Shown: positions 37,375 through 52,300 of the stretch, one piece after another
Position numbering within the stretch: position 1 is the stretch's first letter
How the letters are laid out: each line of letters starts with the position of its first letter
Source of the DNA: an uncultured Gammaproteobacteria bacterium
Lineage (GTDB): Bacteria; Patescibacteriota; Microgenomatia; Levybacterales; GWA1-39-11
NCBI GenBank assembly: GCA_964537315.1
Contig: CAZIAP010000003.1
Coordinates: forward strand, 463 to 64,462
Length of the DNA stretch: 64,000 nucleotides
Direction: 5' to 3'
Position numbers and translations under genes: made by a program
The notes under the pieces: model-generated
Told to the model about the DNA's origin: nothing
What the model saw: the letters and a program-made list of their open reading frames with translations, nothing else
Database searches by the model: none

Positions 37375-40300
37375 TTAGTTGACTATTAGGAAGTTAAATC
37401 TAATATCTTGGTTTACAACATTTTCTATTTCAACTGTAAAGTGCTGTCCTGCTACTTGATTCTTGAGATATACTTGCTGGCCACCTGTTGATCCTACAGG
37501 TGTAATAAAGATTAATGAGTCTTCGGTTACATTATCGTTATTTACCCGTACCTGTGTTTGATAAGCTTTGAGTGTGACAAGTCCTGCTGATCCTGAGGCA
37601 TTCACAGTCGTATTATTAACTACTTCTGGTGCTGTGGCTTCAACTCCAATTCTTTCAAAGTTAGCTGACCCTGATACGTTCAGTACATCATTTACACCTT
37701 TGATTACACTGGTTACGAGTTCTCCTTCAACAGAGACATTTTTTTCAAAGGCGACATTTTCAGTGAATCTAACAGTACCGTCAGTGTTGAAAGTAACAGC
37801 CCCAGCCATAATTGAGACAGGTTGTTGCTTGAGAGGTTGAATCTCAAGCGTATCTGACAGAGTATTGATAGAGTTTGAGTTAATGACAAGTTCACCTGCA
37901 CCGATAGCAAGGGTTTCTGTAATGGCCGCTTCTCGAAGGGTAGTGGTACCCAGAACTGTTAAGTCTGCATTAATGGTTGCAAAATCAAAGTCTGCAAAAT
38001 CAGCCTCAATACCTGCACCTAGGTCAAAGAAAGCACTACTTGAGGCAGTCAGACCAGAGATATTCTCAACGATAAGGTTTTTAACTGTCAAGGTTTCTAT
38101 ACTTCCTTCATCAGCAATAATCTCAGGAGTGGTTACCGAACCTGCAAACTTTGCATTACCTGACAAGTCTACCGAGAAGAGAGCTCCTTGAGTTGATGTT
38201 TTATCCATGATTGAGAGCTTAGAATCACCAGTAATTACCTTAAAGTCAGACATGGCAATTTCATCAGTCGTAATTTTACCTGCAGCAAGCGTATTGTTGA
38301 TAGTTAGACTATCGCTAGACAAGAATGAAGCATTAATATTTTCAAATAGTCCTGATGTGGCTACCAGGTTTGTAGCAAAGATATCTTCACTCTCTATCTT
38401 GCCTGATTTGATATTTGCAGCAAATAGATCAGCATATGCTTTGCTGTCTTGCGCTATATCTCCGTTGTCGTTTATGACTAGCCAGTCATTTCCATTCTGA
38501 GCAATCTGAAGTTCGCCATTTGCGGCAAACTGAATATTAGGATCATGCCAACCAGGGTTCAAATAAACTTTAATTGTTCCGCAAACAGCATCAGTAGATT
38601 CACTTGCTGGACAGACGTGAGTATTTCCAATGCCGGTTGATGGATTAAAGTCAGATAATGCACGACCTACTATTTCACCTGCATTTATTGCTTTGGCCCC
38701 ATATCCTCGTATTTGTGATGCAGTAATTGGATCCCCAGCTTTAATTGGTCCATTTATATTACTTACTTTTACCGGTAATTGTCCGGTAAGACCAACTAGT
38801 ACGTTGGTTAGTTCATAATTCGAGTCACAATTGAGGTCCTCTGAATCGCAGACAGGTCCATTTCCAACGAACCCAGGAGTATCAGATACAATACCTACAA
38901 TTGCGTTTGAACCATTTGCGCTTCTAACTGTATTGCTTTTGGTTGAGTCAACCATGACAATTTCACCAACTGTTGGTTTTGGTTCAAGTTGGTTAAATAG
39001 GAAGTACTCTGCATAATCTCCACCTGAAGTCGAGTAAACAACCGCGTTAGTTGCTCCTTGAATTTTTCCGGTTATGGTTGTTCCACCTGAGCTTCCTCCG
39101 AATGAGATTAAGTAATTATTAGCTCCCCATCCAGCAGTGCCTCTTCCATTAGAAACGAGTATTCCTCTACTAGTGGTGCCTGTGTTTGTATTATGAAATT
39201 GCGCAACATATTGAGTGGTTGTAGAAAATGATGCCTCAACGTGCAGCTGTCTTCCTGTCGGTAGAATAGAAGCTCCTATTGCGACAGGTTCAAGAAGGAA
39301 AATGCTGCTTGAATTTACTGTCATTCTCGTCGCTCCTGCTGCAGAAAAGACCATGCCGTTTCCGGAAGATCGAGAAATTCCGGTGTTTGATCCAGATGAA
39401 AAGCTGAGACCTGGTAGAGAAGATGTTCCATCTGCAGCGAATATTCGCCTATTTGAATCAATTACTGTGGTTCCTCCAGATTGGAGGCTGCCTGATACAA
39501 TGTTGAATGAATCGCCTGACGCAAGCGCCAGTGTATTTACGCCTGATCTGTAAAGTTCAACATCGGTGCCAAATCCTATACCGCCTGCGGCAGTTGTGTG
39601 ACTAGCAAGCTCAAGTATATGCCCAGGTGCTGTTGTGCCGATTCCAAGGTTGCCAACTCCGGTAAGTCTCATATTCTCTACAGCACCACCGGACTCAAAA
39701 ATAAGATCGTTTGCTGAGTTACTGCCAAATCCTGCACGAGTTCCTTTACTATCAGGTTCAAAAAATCCTATCATAAAATCACGATTTATACGCATATCGC
39801 CTTCGACGTGTAGTTTATACTGCGGAACATTGGTTCCAATTCCGATATTCCCTCCACTATTAATAAAGAGTGAATTCGTTGAGGCTCCTTCTTCAATACT
39901 GAATGGACCAGTAGCGTTGCTGATATCCCAAAAGCCGATAGTTCCGTTTGTATTGGTAAAGAGCGACCATTGATTTGTGCTACTTCCGTCTTCTAACCAT
40001 AGCTCAGTATTTCCTGATCCAGATTTCAGGTGTAGTTTTCCTCCAGGGGAAGTTGTGCCAATACCAACGTTACCTGATGTGGGGTTGAGAATAAGGTTAG
40101 CAGCTGCGTTGATGGTTAAGTCACCTGATGAGTTACCAATTGTTGAGTTTGTTCCACCAACCGAAAGTCTAGCAGTAGGGTTGGTTGTGCCGATACCAAG
40201 ATTACCGCTTGTTGTGAGAGATAGTAATGGGTTAAGAGATCCAGCATGTCCATTGAGGCCGATAAAGAAGTTATCGTTTGCTGTGTTGATTCCCAGTGCA

Positions 40301-43300
40301 TAATCAAGGTTTGTGCTACATCCATCGCCGGAAGTACATTGTACGTGTAATGAGTCAGGACCAAGATATAGATTCCTCCATCGGGCAGATCCCGAAGCAC
40401 CCAAATCGTAGGTATCGTCTGCTCCAGGCAGGAAGTGACCACCAACATTAAAGAATGCTCTTTGAACCCCTGCAGTAGCAAAATTTAAAGTATCTGACCC
40501 GTCTCCATAGATACCGGTATTAGTGTCAGATGAGAATGAAAATGCCGGTGTTGCGGCGCTACCATTTGCGGCAGTAAATAATCTGTCTGATGTTATAGTG
40601 TTGACTCCACCCATTTGAAGAGAACCGGAGACAATATTTAATGAATCACCTGATGCAAGCGCCAGTGTATTAGAGCCTGATCTATACAGTTCAACATCAG
40701 TACCAAATGCTATACCGCCTGCAGCAGTTGTGTGATCAGCCAATTCAAGTCTGTGGGTAGCAGCAGTTGTACCGATTCCAATATTTCCAGTAGATCCGTT
40801 AACAAAGAAATTGCCTGACCCAAAGTTAATATTATTGCTCCCCATTGATACATTCCAGTCAGCATCTAATGTCATGGTATCTGCAAGTTCTGAAAAATCC
40901 AGACAGTCTGTACAGCTGAAATCGCTTGCAGTTAGTGTGCCTCCTGTCAACTCAAGTCCTGCTTGAGTGCCAATTGTAAGTTTTCCATCACTATCAACGG
41001 TAAATGACGCGTATTTACTTGCATCTGTGTGAGTTAGTCGAAGCTGTTCTGATGTTGATAATATTTCAGTCTTTGCATCAGGAGTGGTCGTACCCATACC
41101 GATATTACCTGCTGAGTTAATAAGTAGCCTTACGCTGCCATTACCGAACGGATCAGCGTCATCAGAAGCAGATGTGTAGAAGAAGAGATCAGTTGGTACG
41201 TTATTTGAAGATACGGCACCGTTTACCAAAGCACCAAAGCCTGCATTATGTCTATACACTCCACCTTCGTAGTTCTTAAAGAAGAATATTCCGTTATAGT
41301 CGCCGTTTTGGACACTTGCAGGAGAGGTAAGTGTACCTCTGCTTTTTCTGAAATTGAATTGAGCAGCATGAGCAGCATTGCTGTGCTGGTCTAAACTGAT
41401 ACCTCTATTCCCGGAAGTACCGTCTGTAGTGACATGCAGCTGAGCGACAGGAGCTGTTGTGCCAATACCTACTTGACCGAGTGAGGTATCTACGTATAGT
41501 TGGTTAGTGTTGATAGCAAAATCTCCGGCACCTGATAAGTTAATATTTAGGTTATTGCCTGCGTTTGGAGTAATTGAAAGAGCTCCGGACGAAGTAAGCG
41601 CATTGCCTGAAAGATTAAGTGTTCCTGCAATATCATTTGACGTACCATTAAAGTCAATATTTCCTCCTACAGTTAATGTACTATCAAAACTTACTGATCC
41701 GTTTACACCAAGAGTAGAGCCAAGTGTTGTTGCACCTGTTATATTTGTTGTTCCAGCGACCGAAAGTTTGTGTGATGGGTTAGTAATTCCAATACCAAGA
41801 TTTCCTGTTCCAAGGTTAAAGAAGGCATCTTGATTAGTAACGCCCGGTAGTTTGATAGTTGCACTTGATGTAGCTGTGCTCCCTATAAGTACATCAAGTG
41901 TAGTATTAGTCAAGTGCAGTGCGCCATTTGACTGATCCCACCAATTCGTAAATGTTCCTTCACCGCCGCAGTCTCCCCAGGTGTATGTGCCATCACCATT
42001 TGATCGAAGACACTCATCAACACCGCCTGTTGTAGCAAGCTGAGTAAGTACTCCGGAGCCATCAGTGTAGAGTAGACCCCCATTGGTAGTAAAGTCAGGA
42101 AGAGTAATAGATGAGCCATGGATTGTGATGGCATCTGCACCATCACCTAAATTGAGTGCACCATTTGCAGTCAACGTACCATTAAAGGTTGAAGTACCAC
42201 TAGTAGTAAGATTTCCCCCATCTGCAATTACAAATACATCATCTACATCAAACCCACCATTTGCATTGATGTTGGCTGCAAATGTAGAAATTCCGTCTAC
42301 TTGAAGGGTAGACCCTAGTGTAGCTGCACCTGAGATGTTGGTTGCGCCGTTAACATTGAGTTTATATGATCCTGGAGAAGTTGTGCCGATTCCAAAGTTG
42401 CCAGCAGCGTCAACAACCGACAACGCATTGCCTGAAGCATCTTGCCACTCTTGTAAGTTGTGAGTTTGAGATGTGTGACCTTGTAAGGCAAGAATTAATG
42501 AGCTGTTTTGATCATTTCGTACTCTGAGGGATGCATCTGAAGCTCCACTTCCGGAAACAAATGTAGGGCTATTTGTGTTGCCTCTTGCTCCGATAATTTC
42601 AATTCCATGGTAACCGTAGATTTGTGTACTTCCTCCGTATAGGCTTTGGAATCCATTGTAAGGATCCCCGAACTGTACTCTAACTGCTTCACCGGATGAC
42701 AAGTTGTAAAATCCTATTGCACGTGGCGCACTAGTTGTGCTTCCATCCGTATTAATTCCCATGTCACCTGCCACGGTAAGCGTACTTCCAATTGTTGTTA
42801 ATCCTGTTATATTTGTTGTTCCATCTACTGAAAGTTTGTGAGACGGATTGGTAATTCCGATACCTACGTTGCCAGCAAAATAACCGCTACCATCGTAGCC
42901 TACATTAAAGACCTCAGTTCCGTCACTTTGTACGCCGCTGAATAAGTCTGCACCTGCACCCCCACCTTTTGCGCGAAGTACAGCTTCAAATGCAGCCGAA
43001 GCACCTGCGTCGGTGGTAAATTCATGCGCACCAAATGCACCCCCTCCAAGGCCTCCCCGCACACTATATCCAAGTCTTTTATTCGCTATATCATATTTTA
43101 TTAAACTGCCTGAGTTATCTCCTATATTTAAATCTCCAATTTGGATTCCGGTGGTACCAGGCCCAGTATTAGAAATTACAAGTGACTTTTTATTTGTAAC
43201 GTTACCTTGGTCTATAGTTACACTTCCTGCTACGTGGAGCTTGTTGCTTGGAGCAGTTGTCCCAATTCCTACATTTCCTGTTCCACTTATATTGAAATCA

Positions 43301-46300
43301 AACCCACCATTTGCAATAGTAGTGTTTTCGGTTAAGGTACCACCGAGTCCAATGGTATTAGTTGATCTAGTTAGTCCGTTATTGAAGGTAAGAGGAACTT
43401 CGTAATCTGTTCCAGCTTCAAGAGGTAATTGATAGTCAGTACCGGCAACAGCGTTTGAAAGAACACCGCTTGCATCAGACATCACCAATCCAGAACCAAG
43501 TCCTGAGACAGTAAGTCCAGCAAAGGTTGGAGTAGAAGCTGTAGTTAAGTGTTGTCCAGTGTTGAATGCAAGTTGAGCATCACCAATAGAGTCTGCGTTG
43601 ATAGCAAGGGTAATTCCAGCATTTTCGCTTCCAGAACCAGTTACACTGATTTGGGTGTTACCTGTAATGGTAGCCACATAGTTACCTGTGGTGTGTTGTC
43701 CAAGAGCGATCAGATCGTTTAGAGTAGTAGCTCCGGTACCACCATTAGCTATAGGCAAGATTCCGCTCACATCAGCTGCAAGGTCAATTGCAGTTAATGT
43801 GATCTCCTGATCGGAGAGGGTTAGATAATCATAACTCCCTGCTAAAGTAACTGGATTATGAGAAGCTACTGTGATAGCTGTATCAAGATCTGCTAATACT
43901 CCTTGGACAGTTGTTGCGGAGCTGTTAGTAAATTCGTCAAACACACCCACCAATGATGCACCGCTGGTTATATTTGATACCCCCACATCTTCAAGGCCAA
44001 TTGTACCTAATGTTAGAGATCCGAATGTCACACCAGAAGCTGTAGTTAAGTGTTGTCCGGTATTATATTCAAGTTGAGCATCACCAATAGAGTTTGCGTT
44101 GATTGCAAGCGTGATTCCTGCGTTTTCACTTCCTGAGCCTGATACACTGATTTGAGTATTACCTGTAATGGTAGCCACATAGTTACCTGTGGTGTGTTGT
44201 CCAAGGGTAATTAGATCATTAAGCGTGTTGGCTCCGGTACCGCCATTGGCAACAGGAAGAATTCCTGTGACTTCAGATGTAAGGTCAATATCTGTTCCTA
44301 AGGTTGTAGAAAGAGATGATCCTGAAAGGGTAAGTCCCGTACCTGTGAAGTCAGTTATTGTATCTCCTCCTACATTGATTCCATTGCTAAATGTTGCAAG
44401 ACCAGTAACGCCAAGTGTTGATCCAAGTGATGTTGCACCAGTTGCATTAACTGTTCCAACTACTGATAAATTATGTGCAGGGTTGGTAATACCAATTCCT
44501 ACATTTCCGTCATTTTGTATTACAAAACGAGTAGTGCCTGATGCGCTTGCGGTGAGAATGGCTTGATCTCCTGTTTCATTAAATATCGCCAGTGCTTTAC
44601 CTGGAACATAGCCATTCACGTTAAACGCACCAAGATTTGTCATCGGAGCGGCTTGATTTACTCCAAGAGAAAAATGTCCCATGTCTCCGACTATTAAACG
44701 ATTGGTTGACGAGCTATTTCTGACAAAGAAGCCAGTTGTGCCTGATGCTCCTCCTAAATGGTTTATGATACTAGTATTTGCATTTAATATTAGTCCGGAA
44801 AGCGTCATTTCCATGTGTCCTGAAGATACTCCGTCATGAAAGTCTATTCTATCTGTAAGATATAGGGAATTCCATCGTCCTCCTGTACTGCCTAAATCAT
44901 ATACAGCGTCAGTTGCAGGACCAATATCTCCTTCTACTTGCAATCTAAATGCAGTTGGAGTAGAAATTCCGATACCCACATTGCCAGTACCAGAGAAGGT
45001 AAAGTTGTTACCGTCGAGATCAAGGTCTGTACTGCTTGTGAGTGTACCACCGAGTCCGATTGAGTTAGTTGATCGAGTTAGTCCATTACCGAAAGTAAGA
45101 GGAACTTCGTAATCTGTTCCAGCCTCAAGTGGTAACTGGTAGTCAGTACCGGCAACAGCATTAGAAAGAACTCCATTTGCATCAGACTTAACAAGACCTG
45201 TGGAGAGACCTGATACAGTAAGTCCAGCAAAGGTTGGAGTAGAAGCTGTAGTTAAGTGTTGTCCAGTGTTGAATGCAAGTTGAGCATCACCAATAGAGTC
45301 TGCGTTGATAGCAAGGGTAATTCCAGCATTTTCGCTTCCAGAACCAGTTACACTGATTTGGGTGTTACCTGTAATGGTAGCCACATAATTACCAGTGGTA
45401 TGAGTACCAAGAGTAATCAGATCGTTTAGAGTAGTAGCTCCCGTACCGCCATTGGCAACAGGAAGAATTCCTGATACGTCAGTTGCAAGATCAATTGCGT
45501 TTAAAGTAATTTGTTGACCAGATAGCGTAAGGTAATCATAGCTACCTGCAAGCGTTACGGGGTCATGACTTGCACCTGAAATCGCTGAGTCTAAATCAGC
45601 TAGAGCTTGTTGAACAGTGGTAGCATCTGAATTGGTAAACTCATCATATACACCGATTAGTGACGCACCTGAGGTGATATTTGAAGCACCTGCATCTTCT
45701 AATCCAACACTACCAAGAGTAAGTGATCCGAAAGTTACGTCTGAGGAGGTTGCAATACTCTGAGGAAGAGAAAGAGTAATATTACCGGTTGCGCCAGAAA
45801 CAGAGACCTGGTTTGCAGTGCCTGCAAGAGAGAGTACTCCTGAGTTAGCAATAGTAGTACCTGTGATAGTAATACCTGCACCTTCTGCAAGGGTAATGTT
45901 GCCTGTTGCACCTTGGAAGGAGAGAACACCTGTGTTTGTAATCGTGTTTCCTGTTCGGTTTAATCCGGTTGAGAAAGTAAGCGGCACTTCATAGTCTGTA
46001 CCAGCCTCAAGTGGTAACTGGTAGTCAGTACCAGCAACAGCAACTGCCAGTTCACCTGTAGGAGAGATAGCTTTCACTAGTCCTCCAGCGTTTAGACCAG
46101 AGAGAGTCATACCTGAAAAAGTAGGAGTAGATGTAGTTGCAATACTTTGTGGTAGAGACAGGGTAATATCTCCACCTATAACTCTACCAGTACCACCAGT
46201 AACCGATATCTGATCAGCAGTACCGATTACATCTGAGAGCGATGTGACGCCTGTTCCACCGCTTGCAACAGGTAGAGTTCCTTCAACTTCAGATTCCAGG

Positions 46301-49300
46301 TCAACCGTTGTACCAAGAGTGGTAGAAATAACTCCACCTGTGATTTTTAGACCATTACCCACAAAGTCAGTAATGGTATCACCGTTAATGGAGAGAGTGG
46401 TTAAGGTAAGACCACTAAATGTTGGAGATGATACTGTAGTTAAGTGTTGACCTGTATCAAAAGTAAGTTGATCATTACCTATTGAGTTGGCAGCGATTGA
46501 TAATGTAACCAATGCATTTTCAGTACCGGAGTTTCCAACAGTAATTTGATCATTTCCAGTGATAGTTGCGACATAGTTACCTGTAGTGTGAGTTGCGAGT
46601 TGGATTAGATCATTTAGAGTATTTGCACCAGTTCCACCATTAGCAACAGGCAGAATACCCGTAACATCAGTAGTTAGGTCGATTGCATTCAATGTGATCT
46701 GTTGATCAGATAATGTTAGGTAGTCATAGCTTCCTGCCAAGGTGACTGGACTGTGTTCTGCTCCAGTGATCGCAGCATCAAAGTCAGCAAGCACATCTTG
46801 GACGTTAGTAGAGGATGAATGAGTGAACTCATCATATACACCAATGAGTGAAGCTCCGCTTGTGATATTTGAAGTACCAATATCTTCTAATCCAATACTA
46901 CCAAGAGTAAGTGATCCAAATGTTACATCTGCAGCTGAATCAATATTCTGAGGTAGAGAAAGAGTGATGCTGCCAGTTGCACCAGAGACAGACACTTGGT
47001 TTGCAGTTCCTGCAAGGGATAGTACTCCTGAGTTGGCAATGGTGGTACCGGTAATAGTGATTCCTGCACCTTCTGCAAGCGTAACGTTACCTGTTGCACC
47101 TTGGAAGGAGAGAACACCTGTGTTTGTAATCGTGTTTCCTGTTCGGTTTAATCCGGTTGAGAAGGTAAGCGGGACTTCGTAATCGGTTCCAGCAACAGCG
47201 TTTGAGAGAACACCATTTGCATCAGACTTAACAAGACCTGTAGACAGACCTGAAATAGTTAGTCCTGCAAAAGTAGGGGAAGAGATAGTGGTTAAGTGTT
47301 GACCCGTATCGAAGGCAAGCTGGTCGTTACCAATAGAGTTTGCATTGATTGCAAGAGTGATTCCTGCGTTTTCACTACCTGAACCAGTCACACTGATCTG
47401 AGTATTACCTGTAATGGTAGCCACATAGTTACCTGTAGTGTGAGTTGCGAGTTGGATTAGATCATTTAGAGTATTTGCACCAGTTCCACCATTAGCAACA
47501 GGCAGAATACCCGTAACATCAGTAGTTAGGTCGATTGCATTCAATGTGATCTGTTGATCAGATAATGTTAGGTAGTCATAGCTTCCTGCCAAGGTGACTG
47601 GACTGTGTTCTGCTCCAGTGATCGCAGCATCAAAGTCAGCAAGCACGCTTTGGATTGTGGTTGCATTAGAATGGGTAAATTCGTCAAATATACCTACTAA
47701 TGATGCACCGCTGGTGATGTTTGACACACCTACGTCTTCAAGGCCGATACTTCCAATAGACAACGAGGAAACAGATAGGTTAGCAAAGGTGACATCTGAC
47801 GTTGTAGTCAAATGTTGACCTGTATCAAAGGCAAGCTGGTCGTTACCAATAGAGTTTGCATTGATTGCAAGCGTGATTCCTGCGTTTTCACTTCCTGAGC
47901 CTGTCACACTGATCTGAGTATTACCTGTAATGGTTGCCACATAGTTACCTGTGGTGTGTTGTCCAAGGGTAATCAAGTTATCAAGAGTATTTGCTCCGGT
48001 ACCACCATTTGCAACAGGAAGGATCCCGGTTACTTCAGATGTAAGGTCAACATCTGTTCCCAGGGTTGTTGAAAGAACACCGATATTTAATTGTAATCCA
48101 GTTCCAACAAAGTCAGTAATAGAATCATCGTTTATTGTTATACCTGCGAATGTTGGAGTGGCTGCAGTATGAATATCTTGAGGCAGGGAAAGAGTAACAT
48201 TGCCAGTTGCACCAGATACATTTACCTGATTCACTGTGCCAGTGAGGGATGTTACGCCTGTATTACTGATAGTTGTGCCGGTAATATCGATTCCTGTTCC
48301 AGCAGTTAGCGTCACATCTCCGGTTTGACCTTGGAAAGAGAGAACGCCATCATTATTAATAGATATTGTTGAGCCAAGGGTAACTGTACCTCCGCCAGAT
48401 AGACCTGTTCCAGCAGATATGGTAACTGAGTCGTTAGCAAGCTCAAGATTATCGATTTGACCTGCTGGTAGTGAAATAGTTCCAGTTGTTATGGTAAGTC
48501 CGTCTGTGCCTCGAATTCCACCCGAAACGTCAAGTTTGAATCCATTTGTTGGAGTAGTTGTTCCGATTCCGACATTACCGTTATCAAAGATACTGGAGCT
48601 GCCAATTGCGCCAGTATCGGTAAACTTAGCAACAAAATTTGTTGTGCCAGCACCTGTAATTCCTCCACCTACACCTGCACAGTTGCCGCTGGTATCACAA
48701 ATTGTGCGGTCACCCCAGTAGAGGAATCCGCTTGGTGCGCCTGAAGCCTGAGAGGTATTCAAAATATTATTTGCATTACTGTCTGTGCCAAGTCTTATCC
48801 CACCCGCGACATCTAAAGCACTTACAGGATTTGAAGTGCCGATTCCTACGTTCCCTGCATTATTAAAGAGAATATCACCTGTTTCGTTCGTTCCGAAATT
48901 TAGGTTTTGCATAGCGGTTGTGGCAAGTGTGCCATCAGCAGTGAGATATGATGCCCCCGCAAGTCCAGCTGAGACACTAGCTGTTGGCGTACCACTGTTT
49001 GAGTTAATAAATGCAAAATTTGCTGACTCAGTTGATGACCCTCCAATGAAGAAATCAAGTGTGGTATTGATAGGATAAATTGCTCCATTTTTGAGACTCC
49101 AGAACTGAGTTGTAGCGGTTCCGATGTCAATCCATGAAAGACCACCTGATCCGTTTGACGATAAGACATATCCGCTTACACCGGCATCAGCGCCTGGCCA
49201 GGTATATGATACTCCACCAAATGTAGTAGTGCCATCAACAGTAAGATCTCCATTTGCCTGGATGTCTCCTGATGTATTGATGGTTACGCCTGTTGACCCA

Positions 49301-52300
49301 TATCCTCCGGCAAGGTTAATTGTAGCTGTTCCACCTAGATTTAGAGTGGTAACATCACTGTTCAAGAGATTAAATGTGGATGCAGTTGAAGTGAGATTTC
49401 CTCCATTAATAGCTGCGTTTCCTGAAAGAGTTAGACCGGTAAATTCAGGTGATGAAGTTGTTGCTATATCTTGGATGGTATTGATAACTCCAGATGCAGC
49501 AGAGAAATTGGTGCTATTGAATGCTGCTATACCTTTTGTTGTACCGTCTGCAGTAGCATCTGCAATAGTGATTGTTCCTCCTGCCTCACTTGCATTGGCC
49601 AAAGTAAGTACGCCTGTTGCACCATTAAGTGATAGTAGACCTGTGTTTGTTATAGTTGTTCCAGTAATATCTATACCATCACCTGGAGTTAGAGTGACAT
49701 CTCCTGTTAATGATTGGAACGATGTAACACCCGTATTGTTAAGTGTTATTGTTCCGCCAAGTGCTACTGTTCCTCCACCTGATAGACCTGTTCCAGCTGT
49801 CACAGTGATGGAATCATTTTCAAGTTCAGAATTTCCGATTGTTTGTCCGAGTAGAGATACTTCACCAGAGCGGTCAGGGAAGGTAATGGTACGGGTAGCA
49901 GTAGGATCAGTAATGGCAAAGACAGTTTGGAATCCATTCGCAGTAGTACCTTCAAATACAAGTGGAGAGGCACTTGCAAGGACTGTGCCAGTCAAATCCA
50001 TAGTGCCTGTAAAGACATAGTTACCATTTCCTGTATCTCCCGTATTAAGTAAATATATATCGTCAATCGATACTGCCCCTGCAGCTACAGAGAAGTACGC
50101 GTCATTAAATGAAGCAATACCTTTATTCGTAGTACTTGCGTCTTCACCAGCAATAGTGATAGAACCATCACCATTTGTGATGCTAATTCCTTCGCCTGGA
50201 GTGAGATTTGCAAGATCAAAATTTCCATTTGTACCATTACCAATGAGTAATTGACCTGCAGTAACAGTTGAGGCATTGAGTCCTGTACCGCCATGGGTAG
50301 CAGGAAGAATTCCTGTAACCTCAGATGCCAAATCTATATCTGTGCCTAAAGTGGTTGAGATAACACCACCTGAGATCTGTAATCCAGTACCTACAAAGTC
50401 TGTTATAGTATCTCCATTAACTGCTATACCGCTGCTAAATGTTGCAAGTCCAGAAACCGCAAGAGTGGAGCCAAGTGTGGCGTCACCCGTTATATTCGTT
50501 GTTCCTGCAACTTCCAGGAGGTAATTTGGAGTTGTTGTTCCAATACCAATATTACCGTTATCAAAGATAGATGAGTCACCCACTGATCCAGAGCTGCTGA
50601 ATTTAGCAATATAATTTTGAGTTCCTGATCCGGTTAAACCGCCGCCTGTGCCTGCGCAGTTACCAGTTGTATCACAGATTTGGCGGTTTCCCCAATAGAG
50701 GTACCCGCTTGGAGCAGTAGCTGTAGCAGTTGTATTTAATATATTGTCAGGGTCGTTATCGTCGCCTAAGCGGATTCCGCCCTGAACATCCAGTTTGCTG
50801 CCAGGTGCTGTTGTTCCTATTCCTAGATTGCCTCCGGTATTAAAGAATGAATCAGTATTTGCAGTTCCACCAAACCGAATAAGTGCTGAGTTTGTTGCAC
50901 TTCCGCCAATGAGCAGATCATCACTCACATTTATGGAAGATAGAGCGCCTTGTGCATATTGCCAGTAGTTAGTTCCAACAGCAGATGAATTTATCCAAGA
51001 TGGGGCGCCTGCGCCGCCTGAGATTAGTACTTGTCCTGCAATACCTGCAGCTGATGCACCGATCGGACTGGTTCCGGTACCATACAGTATTCCACCTGCA
51101 GTAAATGAGGTAGCGCCAGTTCCACCGCTTGCAACAGGTAGAGTTCCTTCAACTTCAGATTCCAGATCAACCGTTGTGCCAAGAGTGGTAGAGATAACTC
51201 CACCTGAGATTTGAAGACCTGTACCCACAAAGTCAGAGATAGTATCACCGTTAATGGAGAGGGTAGTTAGGGTAAGTCCACTAAAGGTTGGAGAAGACAC
51301 TGAAGTCAATGCCTGACCTGTATCAAACTCTAATTGATCATTACCAATAGAGTTTGCATTGATTGCAAGAGTGATAGCTGCGTTTTCACTACCTGAACCA
51401 GTCACACTGATCTGAGTATTACCTGTAATGGTAGCCACATAGTTACCTGTAGTGTGAGTTGCGAGTTGGATTAGATCATTTAGAGTATTTGCACCAGTTC
51501 CACCGCTTGCTATAGGTAGGATTCCTGTCACCTCGGTTGTAAGATCAATTGTTTGTCCGAGAAGAGATACTTCACCAGAGCGGTCAGGGAAGGTAATGGT
51601 ACGGGTAGCAGTAGGATCAGTAATGGTAAAAGCAGTTTGGAACCCATCTGCCGTAGTACCTTCAAATATGAGTGGAGATGCGCCAGTAAGAATTGTTCCT
51701 GTCAAATCCATAGTGCCTGTAAAGACATAGTTACCATTTCCTGTATCTCCCGTGTTAAGCAGGAAGACGTCATCAACACTCAATGTATCGTCAGTTAAAG
51801 TTAGGTTTGTACCTGCAGTAAGGTTTGTATCGTCAGAAATATCGACTTGGCCAAGTGTAATTACTTGGTTGTTCAGCGTGAGGTAATTATAGCTACCAGC
51901 AAGGGTAACAGGGTCATGAGTAACACTTGTAAGGGTAGCATCCAAGTCTGCAAGGACTTGTTGTACAGTTACTCCAGATGAATTAGAGAACTCATCATAC
52001 ACACCAACAAGAGACGCACCTGAGGTGATATTTGAAGTACCTACATCTTCAAGGCCAATCGTGCCTAATGTTAAAGATCCGAATGTTACGTTAGATGTTG
52101 TTGCAATATCTTGTGGTAGGGAAATAGTAATGTTTCCGGTTGCACCAGAGACACTCACCTGATTTGCAGTGCCTGCAAGAGAGAGTACTCCTGAGTTAGC
52201 AATAGTAGTACCTGTGATAGTAATACCTGCACCTTCTGCAAGGGTAATGTTGCCTGTTGCACCTTGGAAGGAGAGAACACCTGTGTTTGTAATCGTGTTT

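Noticed and set aside
28876-38411. Diversity-generating retroelement TR/VR pair
   Set aside because: No reverse transcriptase; the copies look identical or differ mainly at synonymous sites rather than specifically at adenines
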